Assembly: GCA_963823665.1 (NCBI GenBank)
Contig: CAWGMQ010000005.1
Span: 1,792,001 to 1,856,000, forward strand
DNA: 64,000 nt
From: an uncultured Planctomycetota bacterium
GTDB lineage: Bacteria; Planctomycetota; Planctomycetia; Isosphaerales; Isosphaeraceae
Reading direction: 5' to 3'
Position 1 is the first letter of the stretch. Each line of letters begins with the position of its first letter. Below, one piece after another: positions 29,255 to 38,265 of this stretch. Made by a program: the position numbers and the translations under genes. The notes under the pieces were generated by a model that saw only the letters and a program-made list of their open reading frames with translations, made no database searches and was not told where the DNA came from.

Positions 29255-29702
29255 CCTCCTCGATTCGGATGAATTCGGCAAGTCAGCGAAAGAATTCCTG
29301 ACCGGCAAGTTCAACTGGAACGGGCGACAAGTCTTCGTGTACAGACAGTGGCGAAAGGACACGACTAATGCACCTGTGGAAGCGGAGGACATGTTTAAAG
29401 AGTCTTTACTGAAGCGCTTTGTAGCCGAGCACCCGCCCAGCGTCGTCAGCGAGTCAATTCAGTACAAAGATGGCACCTTCCATTATGGCTTCACCCAGGA
29501 AGGCAAAAGCGCGTTCTTGCGCTTCGTTGAGACGGAACTGAAAGCGGAGCACGTCGAACGCTGGATCGCAGTGGTGACCGACATACGGAAGGCTCTCGGC
29601 CTCAAGGATTCATCCGGGAGCGAAAAGTCCGAGCACGGCCCGCCACAAATTATCCCGATGCCGGTTTCTTTGCCACATGGGCGAGTTACCTCAAGGGCCT
29701 GA
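29255..29702 (+). pseudogene. 3' fragment of a probable OLD-family/ATP-dependent nuclease (TOPRIM C-terminus), 5' end removed at IS3
   Basis: LLDSDEFGKSAK (DxD..G) and EAEDMF (E.EDxF) resemble OLD-type TOPRIM motifs; begins exactly at the IS3 right end. Confidence 0.5.
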
Positions 29703-30000
29703 CCAGGCGTCGCGCGGAGAGCGTAGGTCTGGTGGATGCCGCCAAGGCCTGTCAGAGGGAGGGCCACGCAGAGACCGACGCGGGGCCGGAAGGCGAATAG
29801 GAAGACGCCGAGCCGAGAAGGAAGGCGCAAGCGGGATTGGCGGCGCGGACAAAAGCGGAAGATTGGGATCGAAAACAAGGGCAAGGTGCGGCCCGGCCAC
29901 AAACAGGGTTCGGCCCGAACGCCTAACTCGCTTCGATACTTGACTGGCTTGTGTTACGAAAACGTGGTGAGGTTCATCGAAATCGGCTAGAGTTGCGATA

Positions 30001-30738
30001 ATGAGTGATTCTCGCCACTATCCGCACGCGCCGATCACCGAGGCAATCATCGATCTACGGGTCGAGCCGGTTTCCTGGCTATGCGCTGACGCCCTAGCAT
30101 CCGTCGGGGATGGCGAGAAGGACCTCTATCCCGAGCGGAAGCCCATCGTGATGGGAACGGGGTACCTGCAATGGGGCGAGCAGGTCTCGGCGACCGCGTC
30201 CTCAAGCCCAGTCGGCACGAGGTACGTGAGCACGGACACTAAAGTCATCTGGCAGGCGCGACTGGACGGTTTCACGTTCAGCCGCCTCGCGCCTTACGAT
30301 CGCTGGGAATCCTTCCGCGACGAAGCCCGTAGGCTCTGGAAGATCTATCGGGATCGTATGCAGTCGTCCTCCATCCAACGTATTGCTGTTCGTTATATCA
30401 ACCGATTTGACATCCCATGCGATCGACTCAAGCTCAAGGACTACTTCCGGACCTATCCCGAAGTCTCACCCGATCTTCCCGATGATCTGGCTGGTTTGTT
30501 GCTCCATCTCAGGATTCCCCAGCGCGATCTGCTCGGAGAAGCCATGATCAATCAGGCGATCGTTCCCCCGACAACCGACAGCGTCCGTTCCGTGGTTCTT
30601 GATCTGGATTTGTATCGTGCGGAATCCCTGCCCGTGGACGAGGAACCGCTGTGGAGACTCTTTGAAGATCTGCACGACCGCAAGAACGAACTGTTCGAGG
30701 CGTGTATTACGGACCGAGCAAGAGAGCTGATCCAATGA
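30001..30738 (+). CDS. TIGR04255-like protein
   Basis: YPHAPITEAIIDLR, FTFSRLAPYDRWESFRDE, RIAVRYINRF, VVLDLD, HDRKNELFEACIT; 245 aa. Confidence 0.8.
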   Translation: MSDSRHYPHAPITEAIIDLRVEPVSWLCADALASVGDGEKDLYPERKPIVMGTGYLQWGEQVSATASSSPVGTRYVSTDTKVIWQARLDGFTFSRLAPYDRWESFRDEARRLWKIYRDRMQSSSIQRIAVRYINRFDIPCDRLKLKDYFRTYPEVSPDLPDDLAGLLLHLRIPQRDLLGEAMINQAIVPPTTDSVRSVVLDLDLYRAESLPVDEEPLWRLFEDLHDRKNELFEACITDRARELIQ

Positions 30739-31038
30739 GCGTGTTTCAAGCCGGCCCGAGAGTGTCTCCGCTTTCGAGGCCCGACAATGAGCCCATGGGC
30801 GGATCTTTCGCCGGCCGAGGGCCCGGACGGTCTCGAGATCGGGCGACAGCTAGGCAAGGTTTGGCGGCATCGTCAGTCCGCCGAATCGATTCGCTTATCG
30901 GACGATCCAGACGAATTCGAGGGCGACGTCGACTATCAGTCCGTCCCACCCAAACGGTCGTACCCGGTTCGCGTTGTGTGCGTGGAGGTCCGCAAGGGCG
31001 AACCACGTCCGTTCTCTCTCGGCGATCTCATTGAGTGA
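30735..31038 (+). CDS. Small hypothetical protein (acidic stretch plus YQSVPPKRSYPVRV…GEPRPF tail); start at 30735 needs a frameshift, otherwise start is 30787
   Basis: ATGA overlap with upstream stop at 30735-30738 and GTGA overlap with downstream gene at 31035-31038. Confidence 0.55.
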
Positions 31039-31553
31039 TAGACATCTGGATCAAGCAAAATGGCTCGGATCTGGCACAGGGAGACTTTCTGCCCGAATGC
31101 GCCGTTGCGATGGTCGGCGCCGATTTCGAACCCACCGTCGGGGGACTGACGATCGTGGCCGAGGTTCGCGATCTGATCGTCATCACGCAAAGCTGCGATC
31201 TCGCCAGCGCGAAGGCACAGTTCGCCGCGCTCTGTCCGATTCACCGCCTGGATGACTTCGAGAGGGCGAGTCCTGAATTCAAGAAGGGCGGCCGCTGGGA
31301 ACAAGTTCGCAAGGGGCGGGTTGAAGGACTTCATTTGCTGGGATCACCCGAGGAGCCCAAGAACAACCGGTTGGCCTTGGTCGTCGATTTTCGAGAGATC
31401 TACAGTCTTCCGGTTGCCTACCTCGCCAATCACGCCGCCCGGCAGGGGGATCGCTGGAGGCTGCAATCTCCCTATCTGGAACACTTTTCTCAAGCGTTCG
31501 CACGCTTTTTCATGCGAGTGGGCCTGCCTGTGCAGATCCCCGAATACAAATGA
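31035..31553 (+). CDS. Conserved hypothetical protein, possibly PemK/MazF-like fold
   Basis: LAQGD, LIVITQSCDL, ALCPI, LVVDFREIYSLP, RLQSPYLEHFSQAFARFFMRVGLP; translationally coupled. Confidence 0.75.
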   Translation: MIDIWIKQNGSDLAQGDFLPECAVAMVGADFEPTVGGLTIVAEVRDLIVITQSCDLASAKAQFAALCPIHRLDDFERASPEFKKGGRWEQVRKGRVEGLHLLGSPEEPKNNRLALVVDFREIYSLPVAYLANHAARQGDRWRLQSPYLEHFSQAFARFFMRVGLPVQIPEYK

Positions 31554-31701
31554 CGGAGCTGCCGCCCCGCGAGTTGCTGGAAAAGACCCTTCACGAGTCC
31601 ATTCGGCGCGCTCGAGAGCGGCTGGCCGTGTCCGGACAGGACGGCTCGCCGCAAGCCGCACCGAAGCAGAAGCTCAAGAAAGCGGCGAAAGGATCGTTGA
31701 A

Positions 31702-31776
31702 ATGACCCCCGTCGAAGTACGCCGAGGGCTGGTCGAAGCCCTGAAGCTCGATCTGGTCGGCCCCGAGAACGGCTCG
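31702..31776 (+). pseudogene. First ~25 codons of a DISARM DrmA-like helicase, truncated at REP-like repeats
   Basis: AAAGGA RBS then MTPVEVRRGLVEALKLDLVGPENGS, matching my recollection of the DrmA N-terminus (VR..L..AL.LDLVGP). Confidence 0.55.
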
Positions 31777-32023
31777 GGGATCCCAGAGGGGATCCCAGAC
31801 ACCCATGCTTTTGTAACGGTCCGCCGCACCCATTCATTCCCCCTCGCACGTCCAGAGGGATCCCAGACACCCATGCTTTTGGGGATCCCAGACACCCATG
31901 CTTTTGTAACGGTCCGCCGCACCCATTCATTCCCCCTCGCACGTCCAGCGCAAAACCACGGCCGCTGGTCATTTCAAACGCGCCCAAGGTAACTACCCGT
32001 TGCTTGGCAAAAGGTGGGTGTCT
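31776..32023. repeat. Stuttered REP-like repeat cluster (GACACCCA motif)
   Basis: GGGATCCCAGACACCCATGCTTTT at 31789, 31857, 31882; 67-bp unit repeated at 31789-31855 and 31882-31948; inverted GGTGGGTGTCT at 32013-32023. Confidence 0.85.
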
Positions 32024-32029
32024 TACATT

Positions 32030-32936
32030 CCGCACGGAAACCTGCGCCGGCCCACCGACCGGCCTTCGCCCCAACCGCGCTGCCAGCGTTTTGTCGAGCG
32101 CAACACGCTCGCTTTCCGGGGTCACGCCGGCATGCGATGAATCCCAGATCAAGCCAAGATCGTGGCCACGATCCAGGAGAGCCCGGCAGAGTGCCCGGTT
32201 GACGATCGCCAGCGAATGCAGGCCATGCGGGTTCTCCTTCCCAGGCCACTCGCACTGGACCCGAATGCGTTGGATTCTCCGGAAGTGGCGGAAGCGGCGC
32301 CTGCTTGCGAAGAAGGGCGACCTCTGTTCCTTCGATGTGAACGACGGGCTCAGCAAAGCCCAGGCGCTCGATCGCCTCGCGGACTTTGACCCAGGGTGTC
32401 GAAGAATTGAAGTCATGCCACACCAGCCATCCAGACGGCGAGAGCGCGCTATATGCCTTCCGGCTGTCATTGAGCGCGTGTTCCAGGTCATGCCCGCCGT
32501 CGATGAAGACAAAGTCAAGCGGTGCCAATCGGCCGAGGTCGTAGAGCATCGAATCCGCCTGGACGAAAAGCACCTTCCAGGCTTTACCGAAGTGGTTCGC
32601 AAATTGGCCAAACTGGCCGCGCGTCGGTTGATCGACCTGTTGTTCGATTGCCCCCGGCGCTGACCGTTCCATTCCCTGAACAATTCCCAGGCTGAAAATC
32701 TGGGTATCGTCGAGTGTCCAGCGCGTGAAATTCGCCGTCATGTGGCCCAATGCGGTGCCGATCTCGAGCACGCGCCGCGGCCGCGCGTAGGTCAGAAGTG
32801 TGAGCACCGCGTGAGTATCGGCTTCGCGCGTGTAACCATATACGGCCCCGGCAACCGCGGCGGTGCCGAAACGGCCGGCGAATTCGGCGTGAGGCATGGT
32901 TAGAAGCTGGGGCGGCGGCGGCGGTGTTGTCGACAT
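32030..32936 (-). pseudogene. Class I SAM methyltransferase (Methyltransf_24-like) fused to the start of a GT4 domain; frameshift ~32230, truncated at ~32030
   Basis: VLEIGTALG, FVFIDGGH, LSPSGWLVWHDF; then VRVAWEG and, in another frame, HSLAIVNRALCRALLDRGHDL. Confidence 0.78.
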
Positions 32937-32939
32937 CGG

Positions 32940-33083
32940 TCAAGGCTCCGGGTGAGTGACTGTAAACGCGTCGAACGTCGGATGCGACCAGGGGTCTATC
33001 GCGCGGTCCTGATAGATGGAGTTGATCAACATTTCTTGCATCAACTGAAGGTACCGGTCGACGATCCCGGGCGCTTGGCTCAT
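32940..33083 (-). pseudogene. 47-codon remnant of a TylF/MycF-type O-methyltransferase N-terminus
   Basis: DRYLQLMQEMLINSIYQD…PW…FD resembles the TylF/NovP family start; catalytic domain absent. Confidence 0.55.
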
Positions 33084-33111
33084 CCGTTTGTAACCCCGTA
33101 GGTGGATAGGC

Positions 33112-33287
33112 GGGCTGTGGAAAAGCTGCACTGGACCGAGCGCAGATTTCCCGGCGGGGATGGTACGCCAAGCTTCCCCCAATTTAGAAGGGGGCGCCAC
33201 CAACCTTTCCCCCCCTTGAAAAGGGGGGGCCAGGGGGGGTCTGTGCTGGCGACCGCCATCACTAAACCGTCGCGCGATAGAAAACGT
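33112..33287. repeat. MITE-like repeat, right-truncated copy with duplicated C/G hairpin
   Basis: GGGCTGTGGAAAA…AGATTTCCCG…CAAGCTTCCCCC…AAGGGGGGGCCAGGGGGGGT…CCGCCATCACTAAA…AGAAAACG aligns to 21324-21470. Confidence 0.75.
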
Positions 33288-33289
33288 CA

Positions 33290-33634
33290 TCACGGCTCGC
33301 GTTGCTCGCGGCACAGGTAGATGTACGTTGGCTGGCCGCGCTTAACGGCCGGTTGCAGCTCGCCGGTGACGGGATCTTGCTCGACCACCAGGTACCGCGC
33401 CGGGTTGTCACGGAATCGCTCGGTGGTGCCGTCGGGCTTGGCCAGGACGTAGACGCCCGCGGCCGCGTCGTGCGTGAAGGTGAATTGCCGGGGCTCCTCT
33501 CCGATCTCGTAGGTGTAGGTCGTGGCACCTTCACCTCCGTCATCGCAGGTGTACCAGAGCATGCGTTTCCCCGGCCGATCGGTCTTGGCGGCGCCGTGGG
33601 GCGGCCGGTCGCTGTCAGGGGAATCAGAATTCAT
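33290..33634 (-). CDS. Hypothetical protein (114 aa), beta-rich, with YD-like segments
   Basis: GGAGGA RBS 7 nt upstream of ATG; TTYTYEI, PDGTTERF. Confidence 0.7.
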   Translation of the reverse strand: MNSDSPDSDRPPHGAAKTDRPGKRMLWYTCDDGGEGATTYTYEIGEEPRQFTFTHDAAAGVYVLAKPDGTTERFRDNPARYLVVEQDPVTGELQPAVKRGQPTYIYLCREQREP

Positions 33635-33830
33635 GGTTGTTCCTCCAAAGGGCACAGGCGACTCGATCAAAGTGAACATCCCTGGTGCACACTTCCTTTA
33701 CGTGTGTTCGTTTTTTTTGTGGTTAAGGATCCTCTCTGACCCAAGCCCCGCCTTCGGCGAGCGCCCAGGCTACGATTGATTGTGAATGCGCTACGCACAA
33801 ACAACCTGTAGAATCCTCTCTGTTTCCTTC

Positions 33831-34283
33831 GTTTCCTCCTGTTCCAAAAAAAATGGAGCCCGCGCTATGCACCCGCTTTTCTCCAAAGCAAACAACCTCA
33901 CTGGTGAGGTCATTGGGGCCGCTATCGAAGTGCACCGGATCATGGGGCCGGGCTTGTTGGAGAGCATCTACGAGCGGTGCCTGGTGCGCGAGCTCGAATT
34001 GCGTGGCATTCCAGTGCGTGACCAGCAAGAAGTCATCATCGAGTACAAGGAGCTGGTGTTCACGGAGACGTTGAAGTTCGATCTGCTCGTCGACGACTGT
34101 CTTCTCGTTGAGCTCAAAGCCGTCCAGGATGTCGTACCGATCCACAAGGCACAGTTGCTCAGTTACATGAAATTACTCGACGTGCCGCTTGGTCTCTTGT
34201 TCAACTTCCACGAGATCAAGCGCTCGGACGGGGTTTCGAGGCTGATCCTGCCCGGTGCAAACCAGTCTTGAACAGGAGGAAAC
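33831..34283. mobile_element. GxxExxY cassette bounded by 14-bp perfect inverted repeats
   Basis: GTTTCCTCCTGTTC (33831-33844) / GAACAGGAGGAAAC (34270-34283). Confidence 0.55.
33867..34271 (+). CDS. GxxExxY protein (PD-(D/E)xK nuclease superfamily)
   Basis: IGAAIEVHRIMGPGLLESIYE, DLLVDDCLLVELK, AQLLSYMK, GLLFNF. Confidence 0.95.
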   Translation: MHPLFSKANNLTGEVIGAAIEVHRIMGPGLLESIYERCLVRELELRGIPVRDQQEVIIEYKELVFTETLKFDLLVDDCLLVELKAVQDVVPIHKAQLLSYMKLLDVPLGLLFNFHEIKRSDGVSRLILPGANQS

Positions 34284-34370
34284 AGAGTCAACGAAGGAGT
34301 GGCTCCCAGCGTGGGCGGGATTGGGGGGAAGAGTGCATCTGAACTCGCCGGGCTTCGCACAAAAGTCCTT

Positions 34371-34563
34371 CAGAATTTCCTTTGTTTCCTTCGTTCCCTC
34401 CTGTTCAAAAAAAATGGAGCCCGCGTTATGCACCCGCTTTTCGCCAGAGCAGACAAGCTCACTGGTGAGGCCGGTACCCGGTGCAAACCAGCCTTGAACA
34501 GGAGGGAACAGAGTCAACGAAGCTGTGGCTCCCAGCGTGGGCGGGGTTGGGGGGAAGAGTGCA
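34371..34563 (+). pseudogene. Internally deleted tandem copy of the GxxExxY cassette
   Basis: Repeats the upstream flank, MHPLFARADKLTGE, then jumps to PGANQP* and the downstream flank; own IRs at 34393-34408 / 34494-34509. Confidence 0.9.
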
Positions 34564-35171
34564 CTACGGGAATATGATCGGCCGCTCGTGCTCAATTGCC
34601 ACCGCACAAAGTTCCAACAGGCATTCGAACAGGTTCGCGCCGTTCGCATCTCGGAAGCAATCGTAAAGCGACCCGGCCCCGCCGCCGTCCTCGGAGGTGC
34701 CGTTGAGGGCCTCTGCGGTCCCTTCTGATTGCATTTCGCGAAATGCGGCCGCAATCTCTAGAAGCTGCCGCCCGAACGGCCCGATGTCGTTCGGTGACCA
34801 CTCAAATGTGGTCATGCAGCCAAGTGGGTCGTGAAAGCGTTCTAGAGCGCACTTGCAACGCGACCCGGCGACAGTGTGCGCCTCCGCGACGCGTTGAAAA
34901 GCGGTCTTCATCCGTTCCGATGGCAACTCCCGAAATGCGGCCGCGATCTCCTGAAGTTCCCGCTCCAGCGCTCGGACCTCACTCGCCGGGAACCTGGTAT
35001 CGCTATCCAAAAGGCGCATCAAGGTTGGGTACCGGCCAGCGCCAGGTTACAGTCGATGGAACTGCGGAAGAACGCCAATTCGGAAAAGTCCCCGACATCA
35101 CACTCAGCCAGTTCCTCCGCCTCATGATCATCGTCGAAATCCGAGTCGAACACGCAGAGGCAATAACCCAT
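34564..35171 (-). CDS. Imm70-like immunity protein with internal duplication; frameshift near ~35035
   Basis: AAAGGAG RBS, MGYCLCVFDSD…EELAECDVG, then YPTLM…LQEIAAAFRELP…LLEIAAAFREMQ…SLYDCFRDANG…LCAVAIEHERPIIF, matching my recollection of Imm70. Confidence 0.7.
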
Positions 35172-35313
35172 TGCAGTTCTCCTTTCGCGGATAAGCGTCC
35201 GAGATCACCAAGCGAAAAGTACGGACGATTGGTTGTTCGGTTGATGACCGATGCCCACAACTCCGGGAGCTCCCCGTTGGCATCAGTGTGGGAGTGAGGG
35301 GGGAGTGAGAACC

Positions 35314-35754
35314 GGCCCGTTGAAAACTTGCAGTATGCGGAGCGGAGATTTCCCGCCGCGAATGTTGCGCGGAGCTTCCCCCCCTTTAGAAGGGGGGGCC
35401 AGGGGGGGTCCGTCCCGGCGGCCGCGTACTGAGAGTCGCTCGACCGCACCACTCCGACTCCTGCTCGTACTCGTACTCCTGCTCGTACTCGTACTCGTAC
35501 TCGTATTCGTACTCTTAGTCCGGCCCTCCGCTAGAAGGGGGCGTGCATTCCGGCGGCCACCATCACTAAAACGTCGCGCAACAGAAAACGCCGAATCATC
35601 GACCGCGAAATTCGCCAATACGGCCCACTTTTCATCAGCCCAGGGCCAGGGGGGGGTCCGTCCCGGCGGCCGCGATCAGAAAACCGTCGCGCAACAGAAA
35701 ACGTCGAATCCTCCGCCCCAAAATTCGCCAATACGGCCCGCTTTTCATTCGCCC
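35314..35754. repeat. MITE-like repeat: full copy (35314-35641) with internal insert, plus tandem right-half copy (35642-35754)
   Basis: CCGTTGAAAA…TTTTCATCAG ends; near-identical to 21324-21510 on both sides of an insert at ~35426-35560. Confidence 0.8.
35452..35514. repeat. Hexanucleotide microsatellite (CTCGTA)n, ~10 units with variants
   Basis: ctccga ctcctg ctcgta ctcgta ctcctg ctcgta x4 ttcgta ctc. Confidence 0.95.
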
Positions 35755-36078
35755 AGAGTGAGACACCCAATCTCTGGAGTGCGCTCCGGGCGAAGCCAGG
35801 CACACGTGACTCGCAGCGGCGCGCGCCCCGCGATTTCTGGGTGCGTCGCGGCCGACGCCGCGCACAGCCGGCGCTGCGCCACGCACGGTCAGCGACTGGG
35901 TGCGCCCGGGTACGTGGCCGGCGCTTGCACGCGTCGGTTGCTGCGAACCGCCCAGTATGGACGCTGGTGCGTCTCGCTAGCCGCGCCGGCGAAGGAAACG
36001 ACGCTGGCCGGCCTCGAATCCAATCGAATTCCAGGTCGGCCGCTGCGACCAGAGCTCGCGAGAGCGTGAGCGAGCCGG

Positions 36079-36625
36079 TCACTCACAGAAACGCGACTCC
36101 GCCGCCTTGCCCTGAAACCAGCGCCACGAGCAACGCGGTGCAGCGAGCACAAGCGAACTCGCCCGACCTGCCGCTCGCTTGAACATGGGACCGAAGTCGC
36201 GTACGGTGTGCACCCAATTTGGTCGATCCACACCCAGCCGACCCAGGATGGGAGTCAGGTCTTCAGGGATTGCCCCACGCTTGTCTCGCCTCCCCGGCCC
36301 GTCAAATCGAATCGTCACCTTGCGGAAAGAGCTTGCGCCAGCGCAGTGCGACTTCGGCGTCGGACCATTGTTCGACGCTGTCCGGTCGATTACGGAGCAC
36401 GAGATGCAGGTGGTTGCTCATAATGGCATAACCGCACACCTCAACGCCGAACAACCCGGCGAGAGCGCGTAGCCGATCGAGAATCCAGGCTTTACGGTGG
36501 GAGTAATCACGACCGGAGTAAGTGTCGGTCCCGCACAGGAAAGCTCTGCGGACGCAGCGAGCGATGCAGTGATAAACGCCGACGCACTCCTCGTGGACGA
36601 TGTGGCAGCGGGCAGAGGCAGGCAC
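36079..36625 (-). pseudogene. RAYT/IS200-like Y1 HUH transposase, internally deleted
   Basis: YHCIARCVRRAFLCG, YAIMSNHLHLVL (HUH), then a direct jump to C-terminal RRDKRGAIP…ILGRLG in another frame. Confidence 0.85.
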
Positions 36626-36691
36626 ATGAGGCTCCATCACCAGGCAGGTGCAGCACATTAGCGAGCATATTCACCAGAACAGTAATGGACA

Positions 36692-36719
36692 AAAATACCA
36701 ATGCGGGCGCGGGTGTCAA
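36692..36719 (-). promoter_or_regulatory. Probable sigma70 promoter of the RAYT gene (second copy at 37050-37077)
   Basis: TTGACA-16nt-TATTTT with TGn extension on the minus strand, conserved in both duplicated units. Confidence 0.5.
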
Positions 36720-36846
36720 GAGTGTTGGGAAAAAACTCGGCAGCAAGGACGATTTGCTCGGAGCTAACTAGGAGTTACGACGGCCACCGCGGCGGCTGCT
36801 TCGGGACGAGCCCGATGGCGGCATCTGGACCGGGATGCCAGCTTCA

Positions 36847-36900
36847 CATGAGATCGGTGGGTGTCTGCCATCAACATGAGATCGGTGGGTGTCTGCCATC
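36847..36900. repeat. Tandem 26-bp REP-like repeat CATGAGATCGGTGGGTGTCTGCCATC (third copy 37208-37233)
   Basis: Exact copies at 36847-36872 and 36875-36900; shares TGGGTGTCT with 31789-32023 and (inverted) 35761. Confidence 0.85.
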
Positions 36901-36907
36901 CCCCTTC

Positions 36908-37233
36908 GGACGCACCGAGCAACGCAGTGATAGACACCGACGAACGCCTCTTGGACGATGTGGCGACGCGCACAGGCAGGCACGTAAAGCTCCATCACCA
37001 GGCAGGTGCAGCACGGCCGCGATAGTATTCACAAGATCAGTAATGGACAAAAATACCAATAGTGGCGCGGGTGTCAAGAGTGTTGAGAAAAAACTCGACA
37101 GCAAAGATGATTTGCTCGGAGCGAACCAGCAGTTGCGACGTCCACCACCGCCGCAGTTGCCCCGGGACGAGCCCGGTGGCGGCATTTGGACCGGGATGCC
37201 AGCTTCACATCAGATCGGTGGGTGTCTGCCATC
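36908..37233 (-). repeat. Diverged duplicate (~325 bp) of the RAYT 5' end and upstream region (36549-36872)
   Basis: Encodes VPACARRHIVQEAFVGVYHCVARCVRR, then stops at the REP-like repeat; upstream sequence aligns along its length. Confidence 0.88.
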
Positions 37234-37398
37234 CCGAGGTAGGCCCTCTAGGGTCCGATGTCAGAAAGTCGCCGATCGATGAAGCGCACTGCCTACGCAA
37301 ACAACTCACAGCCCCCACCTTTGGTGCCTGGCCGCCTTCTTCCGCTTCTTAGCGTTGTTTCGTCTTCGCAGAAATTGGCGCCGGGCGGATTGACTTTG

Positions 37399-38007
37399 TC
37401 ATCGCTCATTGATCGCAAGTGGGAATCCGTAGCGGATTACGAGGCTGTCGAACAAAGTTCGCAAAATGATGTTGCGGACTTGCGCGTATGCAAACAGGCT
37501 AAGTACACCAATGTAGATTGGGATGGTCCGCGACGACCAAATCATGGACGCCACAGCAAGCACAGCCACTGGCGGGTCCAACCAATAAACAATCTCTGCC
37601 CATACCCAGAGGCAACCGATTGCGCAGTACTTCGTTAGATCCGAGAGCCACACAACGTAGACAAGTGAAAGCCCCGAGAGAAATGCGGCGATTTCGAACG
37701 CACGTGCAAACGTCGCGCGTGGCCAACGATCATTGACCTCGATCACGAACTTGTGGGTCTTTCCCGGAGCCAGATCCACGAGTGTCGTCAGAGGAGGGAC
37801 GGGATATTGGGTGCTCACGCGGATCGTGCGGCGCCCCGGCGCGATTTTCCACTTTTGCGAGGCTCCTTTCCGCACGTGGCTAGGGAGTTTTCCGTCAATA
37901 TCCACGACGACAAGCCGATCGACGACTAGCCAAGGCGATGCCGCTTCGCCCAGCACACTGATAACGACGTGGGAAGTCCGATGGAACTCACTGCTCCCGT
38001 AGGACAA
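37399..38007 (-). CDS. Membrane protein (beta-rich N-terminus plus ~3 TM helices); candidate immunity protein for the RHS tip
   Basis: GGAGGA RBS before TTG start; hydrophobic C-terminal half; first sizeable co-oriented gene after the RHS gene. Confidence 0.6.
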   Translation of the reverse strand: MSYGSSEFHRTSHVVISVLGEAASPWLVVDRLVVVDIDGKLPSHVRKGASQKWKIAPGRRTIRVSTQYPVPPLTTLVDLAPGKTHKFVIEVNDRWPRATFARAFEIAAFLSGLSLVYVVWLSDLTKYCAIGCLWVWAEIVYWLDPPVAVLAVASMIWSSRTIPIYIGVLSLFAYAQVRNIILRTLFDSLVIRYGFPLAINER

Positions 38008-38265
38008 GTGTGCGGATCCTCCGTTTACTTACCGGACCAATTTCGGCTGGCGCAGTCGCCGCCGGTGCATAATCACAACCTTAAGTCAACTGTCGCAAGT
38101 ACACAAGCCCACTGAAGTGTCCTTCCGACTTACGTGGCTTCGCTGTGATGATCCCTCGCTCTTCGTTTTTGCTGCGGGCTGGCCGGAAGATTTGACTGAG
38201 ACGATCCGCGAGAGATCTAGGGCGTCTCCTGCTGGCTCGCGGCTCCGCTCGGATGAATACCTCCC

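Noticed and set aside
29700..29930. Possible C-terminal remnants of a DISARM methyltransferase here and at 31600-31705
   Set aside because: Only a vague Lys/Ala/Arg-rich resemblance; too weak without a search
31776..31948. Possible mini-CRISPR array (24-bp repeat x3)
   Set aside because: The intervening sequences are identical or 1 bp long and there are no cas genes; it is a tandem duplication of a REP-like unit
35251..36069. 272-aa ORF with an LLLVLVLLLVLV 'TM helix'
   Set aside because: Translation of MITE copies and the (CTCGTA)n microsatellite
36847..37233. Possible CRISPR repeats (26 bp x3)
   Set aside because: Spacing is 2 bp and ~307 bp; explained by duplication of the RAYT upstream region
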